Positions 10,066-21,400 of a DNA stretch of 63,829 bases are shown here, piece by piece. This stretch comes from Ostrea edulis. Lineage: Eukaryota. The DNA is taken from NCBI RefSeq assembly GCF_947568905.1, contig NC_079170.1, positions 9,610,172 to 9,674,000 on the forward strand, given 5' to 3'. The position numbers were made by a program, and so were the translations under genes. Within the stretch, counting starts at the first letter, position 1; each line of letters starts with the position of its first letter. The notes beneath the pieces were generated by a model. The model worked only from the letters and a program-made list of their open reading frames with translations. It did no database searches and had not been told where the DNA came from.

Positions 10066-13000
10066 AAGCTTTAGCACTTTCATTACATACACTAGCTGCT
10101 ATGGATACATTTTTGTAAAGCTTCTGAAGATGTAATGAAAGCGCTAAAGCTTTACGGGGAGAATTTCAGGATTTCTGTGTTTTCTTTTCATATTTTTTTA
10201 ATGAACTTGGTTTGTAAATGATGTTTGATCATTTTCCTTACAGCAGAAAGTAAATTTGATTACATTTTCAGGCATTGAAATTGATACATGTAAATTGTCA
10301 TTTATTATCATCTTACTTTACTTCATAGGACAAGATGGATCGCGACAGTCAGGAAGAGTTACCTTCCCTAATTCTGCCAAATCCGTATCTTCTGTATTGT
10401 CAGGTGTTTATGATTAACTTTATAATTTATCAAACTTTTCAAGCTTGAAATCTTTAAGATACATGAAATTGAATATCATATTACCAATGTTTTAATAACA
10501 GTTAAAATAATTTCACTTAAAGTATAGACTGGCCCTGGCACTAAAGATATGGAATTCAAAATTGTGTATCGTTATAATGAAGTCTATAGATAATGCTGAT
10601 ACTATTTATGATGATAATGATAATGTTCAAACTTTTCTGTAACCCACAACAGTAATATTTGATTTGTTGTAACTATGATTTAAGTTGTTTTTACACTTGT
10701 TGTAGATGAGCTAAATGTTCCTCAAGGAAATCCATTCAAGATGCCTGCAGACAGTGACATATTTGTTCTTAGAGATAAAGAAAGACAGAGGAAAAAACTT
10801 GTAAGAACTTTTTAAAAAACATTCCTGATCAATAAAAACAACTACCATTTTATTATGGTTGCATGGGTATAAAATGTTTTCAAGTTTATGAATTGTAATT
10901 ATAAACTATAATCCAATTACCAATTCAATATATCTCTCAATAATGATATGGTTTGTTTAAGTAATTACTTCTATCCACAAGATTTAACTCTTTGAATCAA
11001 TTTACTGCATAATTGTTTTTAAAAATCTGTGATGTCATACAATATCATGACATACTTATTTTTCAAACTTTCATGTACAAATCATTTTTAAATATTGGAA
11101 TATAAAAGAATTCGAAGATTCTAAAGCAATTATAAAATTTTGCATTACATCTGAAATAAAATTGTGCTTTCTTGACTTAAAAGGAGAGGGAAAAACAACG
11201 GAAACTGAGGGTTCATGAAAAAACAACATACGCATCAAAAGTAAACTTCCGCACAGCATCGATGATCAAACCAGCAGACTCAGATGAAGAGAGGGACATA
11301 GAGGACTCAGACAAAGCTATCGCCGTGAAGGACGATCCGGAACACACCATCGCAGTTACACGAGGTGAGACCAGCTTCGAATATTTGAAAATGTTGGAAA
11401 TACAAATCTTGCTTGCCTATTTAATGTATACAAACAATATATAGTCTACTCTAGATATAATGAAATCTAGGGGACCAACCTGAATTATTCATTATACCCA
11501 AAGTTCAATATAAGCAATGTTGAATTATGTAAAAAATGTTATTGGGGATTTATTTTTACTTTGTTATAGGAATAGACTCCACTTGTATCATGTACATGCT
11601 GGTTTTTCCTTTCACTGAATAATTAAAAAGTCACACTTTGGATGCCCTGATCCTTACCTCAACTTTCTATATTGAGTAAATTGTTATTTTAAAGCACTGT
11701 TGAAAGGACTAGAACAGAGCTCCATGCAGATATTTTTTATACCACAAAGAGTATTTATCCCCTGATTTTCAAATCAATGAGTATTTTGGTTTTCAGAAAA
11801 ATTCAAAAGTGTATATTTTGTTAATTTACTGATTATCTTTGCTCTTTTGCACAGAAGATGTCACCAGATAAACGATACTTCTTCCATTGAACTTTAACTG
11901 AAAGTTGATACTAAATTGCCGCTCCAGCTATTTACAAGGAAAATCCTTTGTAGTTCTTTTTATTAACACTATTCATTGTCATTGGGAATTCGTTACATGT
12001 ATTTATGATTGATGCATTAAATTTGAATATGTCAGACACTCAGTCACATGATTATGATTCAATTCTGCATATCATTCGTCCACGATTGACAATACAAGTT
12101 TTTTTCCCTGTACTTTCGACCGCACAATAACTCTTTAAGAAAGAAAGTATAACAAGTAGGCCTATGCAGTAGTGTTTTGAGTTAACTCTTCCAATTTTTC
12201 AAAATTGTGATTGTCATCAAAACGTATTTCATAGCGCTAAATATCATGTATGATCAAGCCCTGGGCTAACCTCAATTCATATGAATAGATAATTCATATC
12301 TATATCATACTACATGTATCACAAATACGTGGACTAATTAATACGCATTACTTTGGGAGTGTGAGCGTCTTTACATTCGCTAATGCGTAATTATACGCAT
12401 GATTTTCAACTTAAATGTGTATTTGGTAGAATTTAATTAGTATTTACACTGATACGCACCTTATCTGGAGCTCTGACTATAATAGATTCCTTTTCATAGA
12501 TTAGAATTAAGTATTTTGTGCCCCCAAGTTTGAAGATTGGAGATGGGGGATATTGTTTTTATTTGTCTGTAATTCTGTCCAAAACTTTAACCTTGCTCAT
12601 AATTTTTGAATGGTGAATGGTGGGGCTCTCATATTTCTTTATGACAAAACCTCATTTATTAGTATTTTTCTTTGCTGATTACACACTTTTTTCTCAATTA
12701 TTAATGAATTTTGTTGTTCTTGATTGTTTTGTTTTTGTCATTCATTGTAATGCTTCAATAAAAGTCTAGAAATAGTTGCCTGATGGCTAAACTGAAAAGG
12801 GTAGCAAGATCATTTTAAAATCACATATACACATGTAATTACAAAGTTTTACTTATCAGCCCATCCTTTATTTTAAACAGATCGACACGTGGAAAAGGAA
12901 TCTCTAGCAGAATACATAGCCAAGAAGAGGGAAATGTTTTTAGTCCAAGTATGTAAAACTGTTTGCTGTAATATCTAGGGCTTAAATAACACACGTCCCC

Positions 13001-16000
13001 TTCATGATACGATACATATTGCAATACTTATGATTCGATTCAATGCTTTCAATACATTACAATTTACAGAAGAAACCAATAATAGAATTGAAGAAAAATT
13101 TAATTACCAAGATTCAAAATCATAATTTTAAAAGCAAGATATTTCCAAACTGCCAAACGGTAAGATGCCTGTTGGCTCTGTAGTTTAAACTGATAAAATT
13201 CATTATTATTTTTGTCAGACTCAAGGCAAACAACAGTCTGAACGTTATTCAACACTATTTTGTCCCTCATTCAGTTCATTATGATATAAGTACAGGCCGA
13301 GTCTGATACTGAACCAGATTGTAAGAAACGTATCAAACCAAAAATCGAGGCAATGAATCAAACATTGAATCGAGCGTTTATATTGAACAGTATTGATATT
13401 TATGTTCATCGTTTCAGCCCTACTAATATCCCCTCAATCAGGTTCAGCTCCTCATTTTATTGATCTGGCATGCAGTGTATGCGAGTGCCTGCCACATGTA
13501 GTAACAATTTAAATTTTTTGTCAGTACTCGCTCGGTGTTAAAAGGAATGAAATGAGCAAGCTGGAAGAAATCTCCCAGGCGGAGGAAAAGAAGCTAGATC
13601 TAGCAGAACTTTACCTCCAGGAAGATGCTGCCATGTTTGATGAATTCCTCAAAGAGAATGACCACGGGTCCAATGAGGCGGTCAGGGAGTAAGTATTTCT
13701 TTAAACATTATCCATATATGTCATTCTGTCAGATCTATGTCATTCTGTCAGATCTCTGTCATTCTGCGACATCTGCTTTAGAGGCAGATTTATAGTAAAA
13801 TCCTCCTTTCTGTATGCATGAAAAAAAAATATATAACAACATTTAAATTGATAGGGATTTGTTGAAATTAAAACATTTATTGCAAAACATATATATTCCT
13901 ATTTCTATCATTTTGTCTATGATTTGAGTAATTGCATTTTAATGTTAGTATTGAACCATCCAAATGTGTTTGTAGTAGGGGAATTTCTCATAAAAGTAAT
14001 TTATATCCTTTAAATTCACGTGTTGTAATTAGTAAACTTTCAAAGGAAAATATGAAATTTATTATTTTGAATCTAGTAGTGAGAAGGAGACTCGGGAGAA
14101 ATCCGAGAAAGTAGTAGAGATAAAACAGATCTCGAGTGTCATAATGACTGTTCGATCAGAAATCACAAAATATGAAGACATGTTGAGAGAGTATGAAATG
14201 TACAGGAAGTTCTTGGATAGGCTCACTCCCAAGGTTGGTTTACATCTGAAGCTTTGGAAGGGGGATGAGCGTAGAAATCGTGTGAATGTAGTGCACGTGT
14301 TGGAATTTAGTGTATTATTGTGGCACCTGAAAGGTCTGGACAATATCTAATGCATACTGATATATGATATACGTGTAAGACGTGTCATCTTGTTGTACAG
14401 TAGAGTCAGTCAGAAAAATGTTTCAAAGTGTACATTATCCGACCTAAGCCCAGTAAGGCCAGTGGTGGTTACATGTCTGTCAAAAAAAAAGTGATTTAAA
14501 TGTCAGAAATAATTAAACGTATTTTTATGCATGTAAAATGAACCCCACCTCCTAAAAGAAGAGACAAAAAAGCATGAAATTGACTGCTTCACACCATATG
14601 GGCTTAGTTCCTGTTATATTTATGGTATCACAGAGTTTGGGCACAAACGGGCTTAGCCCTGTGCTTCACAAAAGATTATTGCTTGATATGAATGTTATAT
14701 TTGAAATCATTTATCATGGTATATTTTGATGCGGCTTTTAACAGGGCTGAGAATGAAACAAAAGCTAAACTAGAAAAAGTGGCAGAAATCAAGAAAGTGA
14801 ATGCAGCAATGATGGCAATTAAATCCGAAATTTCTAAATATGAAGACACATTGAAAGAATACCAAATGTACAGAAAATTCTTGGACAATCTCACACCTCA
14901 GGTTTGTGGGTTCAGGTGGCACTGCTTATATTCTTTACAGGATGTACCATAACTGTGTAAAAGCACTAGTCCCATAGTGTGTATACATGTACATGTAATT
15001 CAATAGTGTACATTTTCCTTATTTTTTTTATTTAGAAATCCTTGCTTGTTGAAGGATTTTGATTTCAAATCATTGAATGGCATTTCAAGTAAAACATCAT
15101 GATATGAATACTAGCAAATATAAGATAGTATGACTGTATAAACCTGTATATGTTCTTTGTAATGGGAGTTTAAATCCAAACAGGACTGGCGCGATAAGAA
15201 AGAGAGACAAAAAAGGAAAAGACGGGACGAGAAGAAAAAAGCCAAAGAGCAGGAGATGATTGCGTATAAAAAGAGTCTTCTAGAGGCAGACCCAAAGGAC
15301 TTTAAAGCCAAAAAGAAAGCAGCACCCAAACCCACCCCTGCACCCCCAGCCAAAACTGGGGCCCCTGCCAAAAAGTAACGACAAGAACAAAGCACATAGA
15401 TTAATTACAAGTTAATTCAAAGTTAGACAAGATCGAGGGAAGTCAGCAATTTTTTCCTACTTTCAAAGCTGTCTGATAAAACCCATGCTAAGATATAGAT
15501 TTATATTATATCTGATTGTGCACAGAAATGCATTAAAAAAAAAAACATATAGAAAATGAAATGGGCACTTTAGTGTTTTAAATGTGAATATACTGTGTAT
15601 TATTTGTAACTTTACTTTCAGAATAGAGGAAGCAGACCTCGGGGAAGAGGAGGATGACGAGAGTGATGAGGTTAGTCTTATTATTTCACGGCCATGAGAT
15701 CAAGCACCACTCTGTTACAGAGAGGCAATACCATTATGAACTGAAAGTATTGAATGCATGCGTAACTTACAGCAAAGCGTACATCACCTGCTACATGTAT
15801 ACCAGACACTCCAGGGTCATTTCAAGGTTGTCAATGGTCAAGGCCAAGTGAATGTGGCATGTGATAAACAGTTCTTTTTTATACAAATTACATTGTATTT
15901 CTTTAATTTTATATTGAAAATAACATAGATTGATTGGGGTTTTACGCCGTTTTGGCAATATTTCAGCCATTTTACGGTGGGAAAATTACGTAGAAGAAAA

Positions 16001-18406
16001 AAACATAATGAATGATACATGTAATTGACGTGTTACAACATTTACAGATTTAAAAAAGAGTAATGGTAACAATGATTATTTAATCCACAGGTACCTACTA
16101 TATTACTTTACATGAAGAGGTTTCTACAAAATGTACTGCTCTAGCTTTTTTTTTTAGATACACAGAATTTATTCAAACAGAATTTTATTATTTAAAGTGT
16201 AAACCTGTAAAGTAAATTTCAGTGTTTTATTTCAGGATCTGGAATTATTCTTTGCACAGCCCCAAGAACTCCTGGACATTTTTGCCGATTTAGAGGAACA
16301 GAATTTATCTCTCATTCAGAACAGCCAAGAAACAGAGGAGGCATTAGAAGAAATGAAACAAACAATTAAACAAACAAAAGTTAAAATGTTAGTGATACCA
16401 ACAAAAAACAAATTAAATATTGTAAATTGCTCTACATCATGTTAGAAATCTAATTTGAAACTTTGTAAGTATCATCCCTCACATCAGAGTAGTGAAGGGT
16501 GTTCCCAAAGTATGAAATAAAACTGGTATCCTTTGTACATAAGCAATCTAGACTAAATATGATTTGACCCTTTTAAATAATAATTTCGTTCTCTAAGAAG
16601 AGCATTTCAAGATTTTAAAGGGACATGGACACGATTTGAGCTGAAAAATTTTTAAATTTTATTTTTGGATTTTTAATGTTTAGAATGTTTAACTAAGGTA
16701 TTACTAATGATCAGCAAAAATATGAATATCGGTAGTCAAGGTACATGGGAGATACAGAGGTCACAAGTCCTTGTTATGTAACTAGGGTTTGTGCCACGTT
16801 TTTGTTTACATACTAGTAAAAGTTTCATTTAACACAGATTTTTTTCAGTTTATAAGTGTATTCTTAACACAACTGAATAGTTTCTAGTGTTTGGCACATC
16901 TCATTTTGTTTTAAACATGCTTTTTTCTATTAAACAGTCTAATGTAAACAAAAATATGGCACGAGCCTTCTTTACATAACAAAGAATCACAGAAGCTGTA
17001 TCTCACTTATAACAAAACAACCGATATTCATATTTTGGTTGACCATTAGAAATACTTTAGTTATTCATTGTAAAAAATAAAAATAAAATTTCAGCTCAAA
17101 TCGTGTCCATGCCCCTTTAAAAAAGATAAAAATCAAACCCAGCAGTTTGATTTTCTTCACATTAATTTACCAATGTATTTCATGATAATTATTAATGGCT
17201 GATATTTCATGATAATTATTAATGGCTGATATTTCATGATAATTATTGATGGCTAATATTTCATGATAATTATTGATGGCTAATATTTCATGATAATAAT
17301 TATTGATGGCTAATATTTCATGATAATTATTGATGGCTAATATTTCATGATAATTATTAATGGCTGATATTTCATGATAATTATTAATGGCTGATATTTT
17401 TTTTTTCAGGGAAAAGGAAACTTCAATATTGAAAGAACAAATAGACAAATTAAATTCACAGATATCCCGCGAAGAAATAAAGGCAGCAGATTTAAAAACT
17501 AAAGCGAGGTAAAAATTTTGTTAATGGTTTAAAGACGCACTTCACTTGTATATTTCCAATATTTTTGCCTTTGATATCTTTACAAATTGTGATGATAGCC
17601 ATTATCTTCATGAATGTGTTGCACGTACGAATCTCGATAGATATAGTTCATCTATTTTAACGAGTGAGAATTCCAACAGAAGTGAATATACATGTAGAAT
17701 GTAAATGCAGAAAATGAATTTCCTTTTTTGAAATACACAAAGGTATGAAATGCGATGCTTCATGCTGGCATACTTCATCAAGCGTGTTATCAATTCATCA
17801 AGCATGTTACCAATTCATGATACTGCTGGGAAGCATTGCATTTCATACTCTCATGTATTTTTAAAAATTTTAAATCTATTTCTTAAATTTCCTATTGCTT
17901 CGTGCGATTGTGTTTATCCTTGAATTATGGTCATTAATTTAATTGGAATAAAGGTATAGAAACTTTTTGCATATTACAAATGGCTATGTATATATGGCCC
18001 AGCATCAAACACATTACTACACTGAATGATCAAAGACTAGTACTGGAGAAGCAAATGTAAATGTTTTTTTTATATAATTCAGTTCTGATCTGCTCTAGTA
18101 GTTAGACTGAAACTGTACATCAACTGATTTTGTTGTTTTGTTCAGTGAAATGCTTAAGACAATACAGAATTATGTTGTTTTGTTCAGTGAAATGCTTAAG
18201 ACAATTCAGGATTGTGGGTTTGTACTCTTCAGGAAGTAATGCATGTTTCGGAAAACCCCTACATATGCACCAGAATACTGGGATCAGCATGATATACTAT
18301 AATATATATATATATATCAATATATTGTGTATCTGTTCATATACAACAAGCTAGGACCCACGACCCCAGTCACAAGTTTTACCATGGATTTCATTAATAT
18401 CCCAAC

Positions 18407-18454
<48 letters not shown>

Positions 18455-21400
18455 CTCCAAGATTTTGGACCATGTATAAAAAAAATGTAATAATGATACT
18501 GACAGTTTTTCAAGTCTGAAAATAGTTTTAATATCTTTCTCAGTGCCACCACCTTATACTATGCATAACGCACAAATATTTTAAAAATTCAGTAAGTTTT
18601 AATTAATTTCATTATAAAAGTACAGCTTATGCAATTCATGCACAGCAATACCATTTTTCTTTCTATTTCTTTCTAGGTTATTTTCCTATGGTGAATTTAA
18701 AGCAGAGGACCAGCAGAAGATGTTAGATTCACTAAATTCCCGAGTTGAGGAAGTATATCGATCAAGTATTGGTGACAATGAGGCAAACATTAGGTTAGTG
18801 CACTTTCTGTAACCATAGCAACCTTCTGTGCAGGTCTCTGATTGGTGGTAATGCTGGTACTAGGCAGTACAGGGTCTTTGGTCCAGACTTGTAAATGTAT
18901 GACTAATGACATATTCATTTTAAGATTAGACTTACTCATTGCATTACTGGCATTTCCTTTGCTAGATTTCGGAGTTAAACATGCTAAATATATTTACAGT
19001 ATTTTTGATGATTCATTTTTTGATTTATCATTTATTTATTTGCTCTTTTCTTCAAAAGAAATCTGTCATTCAATTCATGTATTATCATTTCTTTCATCTC
19101 AATAGGATCATTTACTCAAATCATTGCATTGCTGTCATACATTTGCTCAACTCGTGATATTTTTAATGCTTCAGCTTTTTGTTAACAATGAGTTATCTCC
19201 CCAAAAGATATGTAAAATAATTGGCTACTTTAAAAAACATTAGATACTCAAAATTAGATTTTACCAAACATTAACACAGTAGGAATTGTATAGTTGTGTG
19301 TGCTTTACTAATTGAAATTAATAGCGCTCGCTGCGTTCTTTGAAAACGGGAGATAACTCTTACATATCTGGACGGACAGCATGCCTCTCTGTTCTCAGAC
19401 CTGTGGAAGGTTGCTTAAACAGATTGTCAGTATCCTATTATGTTGTGCATTCTTGGCACCTGTTTCTGTGCGTACATTTAACCAATGGGAGAAGGTAAAA
19501 CAAAATTAATTGTTTTTAACACTCAAGGTGCAGGTTCAATGTGTACATTTACGTCCCGGTGGAAGGAGTATACTACATATTACATGCAATAGTTTTGAGA
19601 ATCAACTAGCTTCATTAAATTGTGAAAACTGGCTGTACTACTCACTGGTTTATGGGTTGTAATTCAATCAATGTGTCAAAAGGAAATAAAACGATTGAGA
19701 TCCGAGACTAAAATTGATAGCTGGGGATCTGAAACAGAAAAAAAAAATTCATTAAACAGTTAGCGTCATAAAGAAAAGACACTGTCATTGTATGGAACTG
19801 GTGTTAGTCCTCAGAAATTGTACTTGTAAATCACAAGTGTAAACCTTATTTCAAAAAGGTCATCTGCCATGACGATATTTTTGATGTCATACTGATGTTT
19901 TGTATTACAGTAACTGCATGTTTCTTCAATGTATATTGTAGCACGTTACAGATGTTAACTAATATAGAAAACAGGTTAGAAGAATTATTTGAAATGATAG
20001 AAACAATGCCACAAGATAAAGTGGAAGCAGCAGAAAAGGTAAGCCTGACCGAAAAGTCTCCATTCCTTGTGTAAAATTGCGGTCTTCTTTCCGTGAAAAC
20101 CTGTAGTTAAAATCTCAGGGAGATCCATGTAAACCTGTAGTTAAAATCTCAGGGAGATCCGTGTAAACCTGTAGTTAAAATCAAAGAGGTCCGTGTAAAC
20201 CTGTAGTTAAAATCTCAGGGAGATCCATGTAAACCTGTAGTTGAAATCAAAGAGGTCCGTGTAAACCTGTAGTTAAAATCTCAGAGATCCATGTAAACCT
20301 GTAGTTAAAATCTCAGAGATCCATGTAAGCCTGTAGTTAAAATCTCAGGGAGATCCATGTAAACCTGTAGTTAAAATCTCAGAGATCCATGTAAACCTAT
20401 AGTTAAAATCTCAGAGATCTTTGTAAACCTGTAGTTAAAATCTCAGAGATCCATGTAAACCTGTAGTTAAAATCTCAGAGATCCATGTAAACCTATAGTT
20501 AAAATCTCAGAGATCCATGTAAACCTGTAGTTAAAATCTCAGAGATCCATGTAAACCTATAGTTACAATCTCAGAGATCCGTGTAAACCTGTAGTTAAAA
20601 TCTCAGAGATCCAGGTAAACCTGTAGTTAAAATCTCAGAGATCCATGTAAACCTGTAGTTAAAATCTCAGAGATCCATGTAAACCTGTAGTTAAAATCTC
20701 AGAGATCCACGTAAACCTATAGTAAAAATCTCGGGGAGATCCATGTAAACCGTAGTTAAAATCTCAGAGATCCATGTAAACCTGTAGTTAAAATCTCAGG
20801 GAGATCCATGTAAACCTATAGTTAAAATCTCGGGGAGATCCATGTAAACCTGTAGTTAAAATCTCAGAGATCCATGTAAACCTGTAGTTAAAATCTCAGA
20901 GATCCATGAAAACCTGTAGTTAAAATCTCAGAGATCCATGTAAACCTGTAGTTAAAATCTCAGAGATCCATGTAAGCCTGTAGTTAAAATCTCAGAGATC
21001 CGTGTAAACCTGTAGTTAAAATCTCAGAGATCCATGTAAACCTATAGTTAAAATCTCAGAGATCCATGTAAACCTATAGTTAAAATCTCGGGCATATCCA
21101 TGTAAACCTGTAGTTAAAATCTCAGAGATCCATGTAAACCTATAGTTAAAATCTCGGGGAGATCCATGTAAACCTGTAGTTAAAATCTCAGAGATCCATG
21201 TAAACCTGTAGTTAAAATCTCAGAGATCCATGTAAACCTATAGTTAAAATCTCGGGCAGATCCATGTAAACCTATAGTTAAAATCTCAGAGATCCATGTA
21301 AACCTATAGTTAAAATCTCGGGGAGATCCATGTAAACCTGTAGTTAAAATCTCAGAGATCCATGTAAACCTATAGTTAAAATCTCGGGGAGATCCATGTA

